A stretch of 64,000 nt of DNA, taken from Cinqassovirus ah1 (lineage: Duplodnaviria; Heunggongvirae; Uroviricota; Caudoviricetes; Straboviridae). A program made the translations under genes and the position numbers. This document shows positions 16,759 to 26,398 of this stretch, one piece after another (position 1 is the first letter of the stretch; every line of letters begins with the position of its first letter). A model generated the notes under the pieces. That model was given only the letters and a program-made list of their open reading frames with translations. It was not told the DNA's origin and did not search any database. The stretch spans positions 12,650-76,649 of IMG/VR virus record IMGVR_UViG_2974724611_000001; one strand, written 5' to 3'.

Positions 16759-17237
16759 ACATTCTCACTTATGTAAATGATGCGTTGATTACTGGACCCA
16801 CGGAACTTTAAATCAACGTCTTTAAGTTCTTCAACGAATTTTCCGTCAACAAGAACGTCAATCAGTGAAGTAACTATAACATTCTTTTTAGACTCAAGTA
16901 AACATTCTTCTTTGGTATATCCTGTCCAGAGCCAAACAGTTTTATTCGGGAACTCAGCACGAAACCATTTCAGAAACTCGATTAACGCATCCAGATTGCG
17001 CTCATACAACGGATCACCACCAAGCAGTGATATCCCATCACGCTTGATACGGGTATCGTTCATATCGCGTTCCACGAGCTTCCTTAGCTGAAACTCTTCT
17101 TCTGTCTTACCTTCCCATTTCCAAGTATTCTTTCCAAAGCAACCTTTGCATTGGTGACTACATCCAGCAAGCCAAATACTTGCGCGAGTACCAGTTCCGT
17201 TTAATACATCTAACGACTTATAATCCAAGATCTTCAT
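16755..17237 (-). CDS. nrdG: Anaerobic RNR activating enzyme NrdG (radical SAM)
   Basis: 160 aa with the CxxxCxxC cluster CSHQCKGC. Adjacent to nrdD. Confidence 0.9.
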   Translation of the reverse strand: MKILDYKSLDVLNGTGTRASIWLAGCSHQCKGCFGKNTWKWEGKTEEEFQLRKLVERDMNDTRIKRDGISLLGGDPLYERNLDALIEFLKWFRAEFPNKTVWLWTGYTKEECLLESKKNVIVTSLIDVLVDGKFVEELKDVDLKFRGSSNQRIIYISENV

Positions 17238-17255
17238 ATATTTTCCTTAATAAGA

Positions 17256-17276
17256 AAAGGGGCTTTCGCCCCTTTA
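17256..17276 (-). terminator. Hairpin terminator/attenuator between nrdD and nrdG, GAAA tetraloop
   Basis: AAAGGGGC-GAAA-GCCCCUUUU on the minus strand. Confidence 0.45.
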
Positions 17277-17277
17277 A

Positions 17278-19392
17278 TCACAAATGTTTACACCGCAACA
17301 TAACTTCTTGTTGTTTCCCGTGGTTGAATGGACGAGCATTTACTTCTCCCAGATAACCACAAACACGACGAATAACGTTCATTTTCTTGTCGTCGTGATT
17401 GCCGCATTTCGGACATTCGTACCCTTTGGAAGTAGCAGTGAATTCGCCATGATAGCCACATTCAAAGCAAACATCAACCGGAGTATTTGTTCCGTAATAC
17501 GGTGTGTTCAGATAAGCATAATCCCAAACGTCTTCCAGCGCTTTCAGATTATCTTTCATATTCGGATATTCACCGTATGAAATAAATCCGCCTGTACTCA
17601 GAGGAATAAATTGCTTTTCAAAATCGATCTTGTCATACGGATTAGTATTATGACGAACGTCGAGGTGAAAGCTGTTTGTGTAATAATCTTTATCGAACAC
17701 TTTATTTTCTGGATAACGTTCGCGATCAATCTTGGCGAAACGATAGCACAGACTTTCGGACGGAGTGCCGTACAGACTAAAAGCGAGTCCAGTTTGTTCT
17801 TTCCATGCATCTGCCAGCTCTTTCATTCGTTGAAGAACAGAAACAGCAAATACTTGTTTTGATTGATTTTCCATGATGTGTTCATCGATACCACGCATCA
17901 TAATTTCGGTGACTTCATGCAGACCGATATATCCAATACTCACGGAAGCGCGACCGTTATCAAACGCTTTCATGATATCATCATCTGGATTCAGACGTAC
18001 ACCACAAGCGCCTTCGACGTAAAGAATCGGAGCGACGCTGGCTTTGACTCCACGCAGACGATCAACGCGAGCAATCAACGCTTGCTTAACAACTTCCATA
18101 CGCTGTTCCAGAAGTTCCCAGAATCGCATATGATTGCCATTTGAATCGAGAGCGATTCGCGGCAGATTCAGAGTCACAACACCGAGATTATTTCTACCGT
18201 CGTGAACTTCATTACCGTTTTCGTCTTCCCAACGATGCAAGAAACTACGGCATCCCATAGGGAATTTAAAGCTACCTGTGATTTCAACAACTTTATCATA
18301 ACTCAGGATATCTGGATACATACGCTTAGAAGCGCACTCCAGTGCCAGTTGCTTGATTCGATAAAGCGGGTCAGTCGGCTTTAAGTTGTGTCCGTCTTTC
18401 AGAGCAAACACAAGTTTCGGGAACACCGGAGTGATACCCTCTTTGCCGAGTCCAGCTAATCGAACTTTCAAGATTGCTTCTTGAATCAGTTCGGCTTCCC
18501 AGCTTTCACCTAGACCAAATCCGAATGTGCAGAACGGGGTTTGGCCGTTTGCGGAGTGAAGAGTATTCACTTCGTATTCGAGACCCTGCATTGCATCATA
18601 CACAGCTTTGCGAGTCTTTGCAATAGCATATTCTTTCGCGTCTGGAATCTTCCAATAGCGAGCTTCGTCCAAATGCTTTTCGTGAGTCATTTTAACATAC
18701 GGTGCCAGCACTTCGTCAATGCGATTGATTGTGTTACCGCCATAAATGTGACTTGCCACTTGTGCAATAATCTGAGCGACTACAGCAGCAGCGGTAGAAA
18801 TGCTTTTCGGAGTTTCAATTTGTGCATTACCCATACGGAATCCACGTTCTAACATGCCTTTAACATCAATGAGCTGGCAGTTAAACATCGGGAAGAACGG
18901 TGAATAGTCAAGATCGTGGAAATGAATCCAACCCATTTCATGTGCTTGCATGACTTCGACAGGCAGATAATGCTTTGCAAAATGCTTGCTAACAATACCA
19001 GCTACCAGATCGCGTTGAGTAGGGATTACCTTAGCGTCTTTGTTGGCGTTTTCGTTCATGATTGATTCGTCGGATTGACGCATCAGGCCCATAATACGCT
19101 TTGTCATGTCAGAGTTAAGATCGCGGGCAACATCACGATCATATCGATATTCGATATAAGCGCGAGCCACAGCAGGATAGCGAGATCTCATTAGGGTATC
19201 TTCTACAGTATGCTGGATTTCTTCAATCGTTACTGTAGAGCGTCCAATGAGCTTACGAACAACAGCCTCGGTAGCGTGTTGCGGGAAAGTCATATCATTG
19301 ATGCCGATTGACTTGAGGGAATTGGTGATTGCGGTTTCAATAAAAGAACGATCAAAATCAACGATTCGACCGTCGCGTTTTTGTACTTGCAT
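17278..19392 (-). CDS. nrdD: Anaerobic ribonucleoside-triphosphate reductase NrdD
   Basis: 704 aa. ATP-cone N-terminus, a C-terminal CxxC...CPKCG zinc ribbon, and the glycyl-radical motif RRVCGYLG. Confidence 0.95.
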   Translation of the reverse strand: MQVQKRDGRIVDFDRSFIETAITNSLKSIGINDMTFPQHATEAVVRKLIGRSTVTIEEIQHTVEDTLMRSRYPAVARAYIEYRYDRDVARDLNSDMTKRIMGLMRQSDESIMNENANKDAKVIPTQRDLVAGIVSKHFAKHYLPVEVMQAHEMGWIHFHDLDYSPFFPMFNCQLIDVKGMLERGFRMGNAQIETPKSISTAAAVVAQIIAQVASHIYGGNTINRIDEVLAPYVKMTHEKHLDEARYWKIPDAKEYAIAKTRKAVYDAMQGLEYEVNTLHSANGQTPFCTFGFGLGESWEAELIQEAILKVRLAGLGKEGITPVFPKLVFALKDGHNLKPTDPLYRIKQLALECASKRMYPDILSYDKVVEITGSFKFPMGCRSFLHRWEDENGNEVHDGRNNLGVVTLNLPRIALDSNGNHMRFWELLEQRMEVVKQALIARVDRLRGVKASVAPILYVEGACGVRLNPDDDIMKAFDNGRASVSIGYIGLHEVTEIMMRGIDEHIMENQSKQVFAVSVLQRMKELADAWKEQTGLAFSLYGTPSESLCYRFAKIDRERYPENKVFDKDYYTNSFHLDVRHNTNPYDKIDFEKQFIPLSTGGFISYGEYPNMKDNLKALEDVWDYAYLNTPYYGTNTPVDVCFECGYHGEFTATSKGYECPKCGNHDDKKMNVIRRVCGYLGEVNARPFNHGKQQEVMLRCKHL

Positions 19393-19514
19393 TTTGTTTC
19401 CGTTGTGAGTGTGTAGGAAAAGAAAAACGAGTCTCTCGACTCGTTCTTATAGTAATACTATTTATGTCGGTAATAAACTTAGCCGAACAAAGAAAGTAAC
19501 TCGGTATCTTCTTT

Positions 19515-19601
19515 TTAGAAAATTGCTGGAGCAACAACGCCGAAAAGAATTCCCAGGATTGCAACAACAACAATCAATTCGATCAGAGTAAAGCCTTTCA
19601 T
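19515..19601 (-). CDS. 28-aa type-IV-prepilin-like hydrophobic peptide, translationally coupled to the upstream gene
   Basis: MKGFTLIELIVVVAILGILFGVVAPAIF. Its ATG overlaps the upstream TGA as ATGA, and GAGGA sits 8 nt upstream. It was missed by the ORF track's length cutoff. Confidence 0.45.
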   Translation of the reverse strand: MKGFTLIELIVVVAILGILFGVVAPAIF

Positions 19602-19862
19602 TTCAGATCCTCACATTGAGTAATGAGTTTAAAACCTTGTTTACGAACAATCGAACGAGCAGCACAGAAAGCACCGAACTTGCTCTTTGCTTCTATGTTC
19701 ATGATATCAGAGTCAAATTCAGATGTGTTCATATCATAGAACACCATACCAAACATACGGTGCGCGAAATCTTTGTTTTCTGACGCCATAGCCTCTCCGT
19801 TTGCAGCAACATAAGCTTGCTTAGTTTGTTCGTTCTTAAAAACCCGAATTTGGTATTTCATG
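19598..19862 (-). CDS. Hypothetical protein
   Basis: ORF trimmed to MKYQIRVFK, with an AGGAACA SD. Confidence 0.5.
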
Positions 19863-19931
19863 ATTTGTTCCTCTCGTTTAGATGTGTCCATATTATCAGA
19901 ACGATACCAAGTGTCAACACATTTTGGAAAT

Positions 19932-19957
19932 AAAAAATCCGCCCGAAGGCGGATTCT
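19932..19957 (-). terminator. Rho-independent terminator, UUCG tetraloop
   Basis: AAUCCGCC-UUCG-GGCGGAUUUUUUA on the minus strand. Confidence 0.6.
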
Positions 19958-19958
19958 G

Positions 19959-21089
19959 TTAAACTTCTAGTTCTTCAAAGAAACTATCATCGAGAGTTGA
20001 ATCAACTTGTCCGATCAGATAGCTAGACAACTCAGCCTCTTGGGCAGCGACTTGAACGGAATCACTATTCAGCCACTTGCGAATCCACGGAAGAGGGTGT
20101 TTCATGCTGGTATTCAGTTCTTCCGGTGCAGGAAGACCAGCAGAGCGCATACGGCTTACAGTCAGATAATCGATGTAATCCAACATGCTAGATAGACTCA
20201 GGCCAGGAATAGTAACATTACCAAGCAAGTCTCTTGCCCAGTCTTTCTCTTGTTCGGCAACTTCCAAGAAGATTTGTACCGCTTTGTGTTCGAGACGTTT
20301 AGCAATCTCATACATTTCGGTATCATCTTCTGCATTCTGCCAAGCACGGATCAGATACTGGGTGCCTTTCAGATGAAGCTGTTCATCACGCGCAATCAGA
20401 CGCATAATCTTAGCATTGCCTTCCATGATACCGCGTTCAGCGAACGAGAAGGTGCAAGCAAAGCTAACATAAAAACGAATTGCTTCCAAAGCGTTTACGG
20501 CGTGCATTGCAAGATACAACGCTTCTTTGACCTTGGTCAGTTGTGCAATTCGCAACTCCGGAGAGAATACGGGCTGTGATACCAGATCGTATGTTTTCAA
20601 CTCTTTGATCAGATTATCGTAATACTGAGTTACAGAAGTGGCACGTGCCATGATCTTACTGTCAAGCAGAATCTTATCAAACACAGCAGACGGATCAACA
20701 TAGATATTCCGCATGATGTGAGTATAAGAACGGCTATGAATTGTCTCACTAAAACTCCAAGTAGTGATCCAAGTCTCAAGCGCAACATCGGACACGATTG
20801 GCAAGAATACCAAGTTAGGTGCGCGACCCTGCACGGAGTCAAGCAGACTTTGATATTTCAGATTCTGGGTGAAAACATGCTGTTCGGCTTCACTCAGTTG
20901 ATTGTAGTCGATTGCATCTTTGGACAAATCCACTTCTTCGGGACGCCAGAAAAATGAGAGCGAACGTTCCGTTAATTTATCAATCGCTGGGTGTTTTACT
21001 GTTTCATATCTGGCTAATCCCATTGCTTCGCCCAAGAACAACGGAGCTTTCATATGATCAACTACATTTTTATTAAATACGGTATCCAT
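19959..21089 (-). CDS. nrdB: Ribonucleotide reductase class Ia beta subunit NrdB
   Basis: 376 aa. Carries the diiron/tyrosyl-radical family signature (SFFWRPEEVD, ETIHSRSY) and the conserved C-terminal tail. Confidence 0.93.
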   Translation of the reverse strand: MDTVFNKNVVDHMKAPLFLGEAMGLARYETVKHPAIDKLTERSLSFFWRPEEVDLSKDAIDYNQLSEAEQHVFTQNLKYQSLLDSVQGRAPNLVFLPIVSDVALETWITTWSFSETIHSRSYTHIMRNIYVDPSAVFDKILLDSKIMARATSVTQYYDNLIKELKTYDLVSQPVFSPELRIAQLTKVKEALYLAMHAVNALEAIRFYVSFACTFSFAERGIMEGNAKIMRLIARDEQLHLKGTQYLIRAWQNAEDDTEMYEIAKRLEHKAVQIFLEVAEQEKDWARDLLGNVTIPGLSLSSMLDYIDYLTVSRMRSAGLPAPEELNTSMKHPLPWIRKWLNSDSVQVAAQEAELSSYLIGQVDSTLDDSFFEELEV

Positions 21090-21106
21090 TTTTATTCCTT
21101 GTTATA

Positions 21107-21120
21107 GGGGCCGAAGCCCC
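21107..21120 (-). terminator. Hairpin, UUCG tetraloop, between nrdA and nrdB
   Basis: GGGGC-UUCG-GCCCC. Confidence 0.4.
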
Positions 21121-21137
21121 TAGTGATAGACTTGATA

Positions 21138-23372
21138 TTAGACCTTGCACGTCTCGCATTCGGAAGAAGTATCTTCTGTGCCGTCTGCGCCGTCGCGAGT
21201 ATTAGAATAATACAGTGATTTAACACCATGTTTCTGTGCTCTTGACATATCTTTCAATACGACTTTCATCGGGATCTTCTCACCCGGATACACAGCAGGA
21301 TCATAATAAGTATTCGCACTAATCATTTGATCCACAAACTTCTGCATAATAGCTACAATGTCCAAGTAACCCTTCATGCCGCGTTTAGTCATCTGCCAAG
21401 CTGTTTCATACTCGCTACCAAGCATGTCTACCTCAGGCACTAGCTGATTAAACACACCATCTTTTGATTGCTTGGTACTCACTAGGCCGCGTGGTGGCTC
21501 AATACCGTTTGTGCTGTTGGTGATCTGTGAACTACTCTCACATGGCATAAATGCGCTTAGAGTATCGTTTCGCAATCCGTGCTTTTTGATCTCAGAACGT
21601 AGCCATTCCCAATCCATTTTCAGATCATTCGGAACGATATTATCAACGTTTTTGTTATACCAGTCAATCGGCAGCAGGCCATCAGCCCATTTTGTCTTAT
21701 GATGCCACTCGTTTGCACCGCGTTCTTTCGCCAGCTCCATAGACGCTACCAAGTTCGCAAACTGCATCATTTCCATGGTGCGGTGAACAAGCTTGTTTGC
21801 ATTGCCGCTAGAGTAGTTAACAAAATTCTTCGCCAAGAAATAAGCAAAGTTTGTTACACCAATACCCAATGCGCGACGCTTCTTAGCTGCCAGTGCTTGA
21901 ACAACTGGATAATCCTGATAGTCAAGCAAGTTATCGAGTGCGCGAACAGCAGCACGAGCCACGTTTAGGAAGTCTTCATAACCCTCAATTGCACCGAGAT
22001 TATATGCTGCTAAAGTGCAGAGCGCCACCTCCCCGGACCCGTCTTTCTTGACTGGGTATGTGGGCAAGGCAATTTCAATGCAAAGGTTGGACTGTCGAAT
22101 CGGCTCTTTGTACGGAGTAGCCGAGTTAACGTTATCAACGAACATCGGATAAATGCGACCGGTACCAGTTCTTTCTTGTGCGAACAGATTGAACAACTCA
22201 GAGGCTTTGATACGCTTCTTACGACACCAAGGTTCATTTTCCAACATTTCGTACATTTCTTTGAACTTCACTGGATCAGAATAGAACAGATTGTAAAGCT
22301 CGCCGTTTTGAACGTCCGGACTAAAGAGCGTGATATAGTCGTCATTTTTCAGACGCTCGAAAAACAGCTTGTTGATTTGGATACCGTAGTCAAGCTGACG
22401 AATTCGATTTTCTTCCACGCCCTTGTTGTTTTTCAAAACAAGGATTTTTTCAACTTCAAGATGCCACATCGGATAGTAAAGAGTAGCAGCACCGCCGCGA
22501 ACACCACCCTGTGAGCAACTTTTTACCGCAGTCTGGAAATGTTTCCAGAACGGAATAATACCAGTGTGACGAACTTCACCACTTCGAATGCGAGAGCCTT
22601 CGGCACGAATAGCGCCACCGTTGATGCCGATACCAGCTCGTTTGCTGATATAGTCAACGATTGAACTTGCGGTAGCGTTAATGCTATCGAGTTCATCACC
22701 ACATTCAATCTTGACGCATGAGCTAAATTGACGAGTCGGAGTACGAACACCAGCAAGAATCGGCGTCGGTAGACTCAGTTTGCCCAAAGAAGTTACGTCA
22801 TAAAAGTTTTTAACTTTAGCAATTCTATCTGTTTTTTCGTCTTGGTGCAAGCACATTGCAACAAGCATATACAACATTTGCGGGGTTTCGTACAATTCGC
22901 CTGTACTGCGATCTTTCGCCAAATACTTTTCTTTGAATTGCATTACACCAGCATAAGCCAGATTAAAATCGCGTTCATGTTTGATATAGCTATTCAGCTC
23001 ATTAAATTCTTCGTCTGTCCACTTAGCGGCAAGATCTTTATCATAGATGCCGTCTTGTACCAAGTCCAGAGTGTGTCGTTTCAGATGAATCGGATCAAAC
23101 TGATTATAAACGTCTTTGCGAATAGCGTACATTTGCAGACGAGCAGAAACATATTGATAATCAGATTGTTCAATAGAGATTCGATCCGCCGCAAACTTGA
23201 TTGCCAGCTTTTGAATGTCTTTTGTACTCATGCCGTCAGTGATTGAAGGCATAATACCACTCATGATTTCGTTTGGATCGATTCGAGTTCCAGCGGTGGC
23301 GAACCCAAGAATTTTCAACAGCTTGTTGGAATCAAAATTCTCAGTTATACCACTTGATTTTCTTACCAGCAT
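21138..23372 (-). CDS. nrdA: Ribonucleotide reductase class Ia alpha subunit NrdA
   Basis: 744 aa. N-terminal ATP cone (VRKSSGITENFDSNKL) and a C-terminal CxxC tail. Confidence 0.95.
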   Translation of the reverse strand: MLVRKSSGITENFDSNKLLKILGFATAGTRIDPNEIMSGIMPSITDGMSTKDIQKLAIKFAADRISIEQSDYQYVSARLQMYAIRKDVYNQFDPIHLKRHTLDLVQDGIYDKDLAAKWTDEEFNELNSYIKHERDFNLAYAGVMQFKEKYLAKDRSTGELYETPQMLYMLVAMCLHQDEKTDRIAKVKNFYDVTSLGKLSLPTPILAGVRTPTRQFSSCVKIECGDELDSINATASSIVDYISKRAGIGINGGAIRAEGSRIRSGEVRHTGIIPFWKHFQTAVKSCSQGGVRGGAATLYYPMWHLEVEKILVLKNNKGVEENRIRQLDYGIQINKLFFERLKNDDYITLFSPDVQNGELYNLFYSDPVKFKEMYEMLENEPWCRKKRIKASELFNLFAQERTGTGRIYPMFVDNVNSATPYKEPIRQSNLCIEIALPTYPVKKDGSGEVALCTLAAYNLGAIEGYEDFLNVARAAVRALDNLLDYQDYPVVQALAAKKRRALGIGVTNFAYFLAKNFVNYSSGNANKLVHRTMEMMQFANLVASMELAKERGANEWHHKTKWADGLLPIDWYNKNVDNIVPNDLKMDWEWLRSEIKKHGLRNDTLSAFMPCESSSQITNSTNGIEPPRGLVSTKQSKDGVFNQLVPEVDMLGSEYETAWQMTKRGMKGYLDIVAIMQKFVDQMISANTYYDPAVYPGEKIPMKVVLKDMSRAQKHGVKSLYYSNTRDGADGTEDTSSECETCKV

Positions 23373-23409
23373 TAAAGCTCCGTTGTGTTATGTGTTGGAG
23401 GAGAGTTTC

Positions 23410-23446
23410 ATTATACAACAATCACGGTTGATGTAAACAAATTACA
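23410..23446 (-). promoter_or_regulatory. Sigma70-type promoter for nrdA, with a palindrome over the -35 box
   Basis: Minus strand: TTTACA, 16 nt, TATAAT. The -35 box lies in the 7-bp inverted repeat GATGTAA-acaaa-TTACATC (23428-23446). Confidence 0.45.
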
Positions 23447-23463
23447 TCTTTAGTTTCAAAGAA

Positions 23464-23483
23464 AATCCCTCATCTGCGGGATT
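23464..23483 (-). terminator. Hairpin terminator after the 299-aa repeat protein
   Basis: AATCCC-gcagatga-GGGATT followed by a U-rich tract. Confidence 0.4.
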
Positions 23484-23582
23484 GTTATTTAGATTTGATT
23501 GTAATGATTATCACCAAATGTCATTACATTTAGCCAATGACGAGCCAGCTCAATCCTAGCATCATAATATTTTACATTCTTA

Positions 23583-24482
23583 CTATAGCATACCGCATTT
23601 TGAGGACTGGTATCGTCTTTGATGCCAATTAGTTTTCGCGATTTTCATCACATTTTCGATTACTTTCAGCCAATGACGAGCCAGCTCCAAACGCGCCTCA
23701 TAGTATGAGGTATCATACTTCATCAAACCGTGAGCTTCGTCCTTAAACTGTTTGATTGCTTGATCTCGCTTGTGATCTTCGATTGTGTAGTGTTTTGCGC
23801 GAGGATCCGGCATGAAGTTCTTAACTTCATCATTATCAAGCATGATGATGTAACCTTTCCAACCACTCCAATATTTGTAGTCTTGAAGCAAGTATTCATC
23901 GTTCAACTTTACTTTGATCATTTCACACAGACCTTCCTTGAGATGGTCGCGAGTGATTTTACCAGAGATTACATCGCGCAAAATTTCGCGAGATTCTTCC
24001 CAGTCTTGGCGATTATATACATAATGACGAACCAAATCGTTCATTTTATCCTGACGTTCAATAGCATCACAATATTCGGATTGAAGTTTAAGAATGTAGC
24101 GCAGCCAGTGACGAGCCAGTTCCAGGCGAGCTTCCCAGTATCCGTCGTTACCAACTTCGTCTTCTTCGTGATATTGTCTGATTGCCTCTTTCAGAGGATC
24201 TTCCATTTCATCCGGATTGCCAATGATAATACAGTGACCTTCCCAACCACTAAAGAATTTATAATCGTCCAGTGTACCAAGACTACACAAATCGATGCCA
24301 CCTGCTCGGGAGCCAGTTACATAACAGAGACCGATTTTACACTCTTCACGGGTAATGCTACCGTCGATTACGGCTTGCAGTTTTGATTTTGTTACGTCGA
24401 AACGTGCTTTGTTCTTGACGTAGTGTTTAACAGCTTCGGAAACCATCGGGTCGTTGATGATGCGAGTTTGCAGTTCGTTCAT
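23583..24482 (-). CDS. Hypothetical protein with an internal tandem duplication
   Basis: 299 aa. Two ~140-aa repeats each end in YWEARLELARHWL / YYEARLELARHWL. Confidence 0.55.
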   Translation of the reverse strand: MNELQTRIINDPMVSEAVKHYVKNKARFDVTKSKLQAVIDGSITREECKIGLCYVTGSRAGGIDLCSLGTLDDYKFFSGWEGHCIIIGNPDEMEDPLKEAIRQYHEEDEVGNDGYWEARLELARHWLRYILKLQSEYCDAIERQDKMNDLVRHYVYNRQDWEESREILRDVISGKITRDHLKEGLCEMIKVKLNDEYLLQDYKYWSGWKGYIIMLDNDEVKNFMPDPRAKHYTIEDHKRDQAIKQFKDEAHGLMKYDTSYYEARLELARHWLKVIENVMKIAKTNWHQRRYQSSKCGML

Positions 24483-24535
24483 AATGTATTCCTAGTTTAT
24501 GTTATGTAGCTATATTAGCGGGTTCGCGAGTTGTG

Positions 24536-24706
24536 TCAATTGGTTTCGGAAAGAAATTTGATATCTTCTTTTGCGTCTTCAATGCGAAGATATTCACCAC
24601 GTAGAACACTGTCCATTACCATAGCAGTAGAGCGTTCATTTTTGTCCTTGCTCTTGAGCATAGCGTTAATCTTTGATCTGATTTCAAATGCTTCTTCTAG
24701 TGTCAT
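24536..24706 (-). CDS. Small hypothetical protein (56 aa)
   Basis: MTLEEAFEIRSKINAMLKSK..., with an AGAGGA SD 7 nt upstream. Below the ORF-track cutoff. Confidence 0.4.
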   Translation of the reverse strand: MTLEEAFEIRSKINAMLKSKDKNERSTAMVMDSVLRGEYLRIEDAKEDIKFLSETN

Positions 24707-24762
24707 GGTATTATCCTCTAAAACAATAAAGCCAGTCTACATGGACTGGCTGTTATGTCAAA

Positions 24763-25257
24763 TCAATTATGAAGTTTTTTCATCATTTTTGGAAATTCCT
24801 TGTTGAACACTTTGCAGAGTTCTGCCTTAGTCATTCCTTCATTATACGCGAATCCATATCGTTGCAGTTCTGCGATCATCGCTGGCTTATCTTGGCGAGC
24901 GAATCGCTTTTTAGTATCAGGAACAAGTTTCGGGTGTATGTCGTTTTTGCTGCTATCTTTTTTCAGATAAGCCAACAACGCTTCCAGATACTCGATGTAA
25001 TCGATACCACGTCCTGCTAATCCAGAGCGCATAAACTCATGGCGAGTTCGTCCTTCAGACCCGTTGCAGAGATTACAAAGCAGACCGCGCACACGACCGG
25101 CTTGTGGTCCGTCTAGTTCGTGATCGTGATCCAAATGATTCTTGTTGATTTCTTTGTCTAGTTCGCGTTTGCAAATCGGACAAATTCCATTTTGAGCATG
25201 ATACAGTTTTTCTTTTGCGAGATCATAAGTTTTGGGAGTTAGGAGCATTAGAGTCAT
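24763..25257 (-). CDS. 49: Endonuclease VII (Holliday-junction resolvase) gp49
   Basis: YHAQNGICPICKREL...NHLDHDHELDGPQAGRVRGLLCNLCN is collinear with T4 EndoVII YDAQNGKCLICQREL...NHLDHDHELNGPKAGKVRGLLCNLCN. Confidence 0.92.
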   Translation of the reverse strand: MTLMLLTPKTYDLAKEKLYHAQNGICPICKRELDKEINKNHLDHDHELDGPQAGRVRGLLCNLCNGSEGRTRHEFMRSGLAGRGIDYIEYLEALLAYLKKDSSKNDIHPKLVPDTKKRFARQDKPAMIAELQRYGFAYNEGMTKAELCKVFNKEFPKMMKKLHN

Positions 25258-25299
25258 TCCATTTTTGATAGTATGACTCTATTTAGCGATTACAGGTGG

Positions 25300-25881
25300 T
25301 TATCTACCCATTTTCAGGACTTGATGCGTTTCGATATATTTGATGTTTGATTTCACCATTTTACCGTCTTTGTGCATATACCAATTGCCGTTTTTGTCAT
25401 AAGCATAGATTAGCCCAGTCTGACCCATAAACAGCATTGCATTCGATGATGGGTTATTGGTAAACGATGTATAACTAATGATTCCACCTTGTTCCATAAA
25501 TCCCTGAACAAATCCCATGAATCGAGTAACAACACGACTCGGCGGAATACCGTTTTCTTGACTCATAATCCGAAGCGGGAAATTGCGCCCAATCGCAATT
25601 TCTTTCTGCCGTTTTGCATCGGCACCTACCCAGATTTTGTCGTCTTTCAGTATCAGATTGATCGGACTCGAATACTCATTATTGATCCAGTTATCACGGG
25701 TCAGATGATGAAACTTAGCAGTAACATCCATATCACCGATTGTCATGAAAAACGTGGCAACTTTTGATTTCGGATCAAACTCAACAAGTCGGCAGCGTTT
25801 GCTTTTGATGATAGTATAATCACCAACGCACAACTCTCGGTATTGATCTTCTGGCTTTGCGATTTCTTCAATTACAAACAT
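25300..25881 (-). CDS. Hypothetical protein
   Basis: 193-aa ORF. Confidence 0.5.
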   Translation of the reverse strand: MFVIEEIAKPEDQYRELCVGDYTIIKSKRCRLVEFDPKSKVATFFMTIGDMDVTAKFHHLTRDNWINNEYSSPINLILKDDKIWVGADAKRQKEIAIGRNFPLRIMSQENGIPPSRVVTRFMGFVQGFMEQGGIISYTSFTNNPSSNAMLFMGQTGLIYAYDKNGNWYMHKDGKMVKSNIKYIETHQVLKMGR

Positions 25882-25926
25882 TAATCATATCTCCATGGCA
25901 AATCGAGTACATGTTCCAGACTACCG

Positions 25927-26397
25927 TTATTGGTAGAGTTGAACGGCTTCATAATCGCCAGATTCAACAGCGATAGCATAGTGCGCCATGCCTTTGTTGT
26001 CAATCAAAATCAAACAAGGATCTGCTTCTATGATACCAATTCGCACACCCTCAACTTTAGAGCTGGTTTTATCCCATAGCAGTGTGATCCCAGTTTCGGC
26101 AACAACTTTCACTTCATCAACAAAATCGCCAACATTGATCACACTGCGATTGGTATAGAAAAGCTCACCATTTTCGATTGTATAGTCGGACATATGAATT
26201 AGATACATCGGGCGACCAATCGGATCTTTTGCATTGCGCCAGCGTCCATTTTCAAACACGAGTTCGGAATAAGCGATTTCTCCGATTGTGATCTTGATTG
26301 AGTTCGATGTTACCTCAGTCAAAACACCTTGCAGTCCTTTTACACGAACAACATTGCCGATTTCAACTTTTTTCTTGTCTTCTGAATAACGAAACAT
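25927..26397 (-). CDS. Hypothetical protein
   Basis: 156-aa ORF. Confidence 0.5.
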   Translation of the reverse strand: MFRYSEDKKKVEIGNVVRVKGLQGVLTEVTSNSIKITIGEIAYSELVFENGRWRNAKDPIGRPMYLIHMSDYTIENGELFYTNRSVINVGDFVDEVKVVAETGITLLWDKTSSKVEGVRIGIIEADPCLILIDNKGMAHYAIAVESGDYEAVQLYQ

Positions 26398-26398
26398 G

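Noticed and set aside
24531-24806. Plus-strand 91-aa ORF in the EndoVII upstream region.
   Set aside because: It overlaps the better-supported minus-strand 56-aa gene (SD AGAGGA) and the EndoVII 3' end. It has no RBS.
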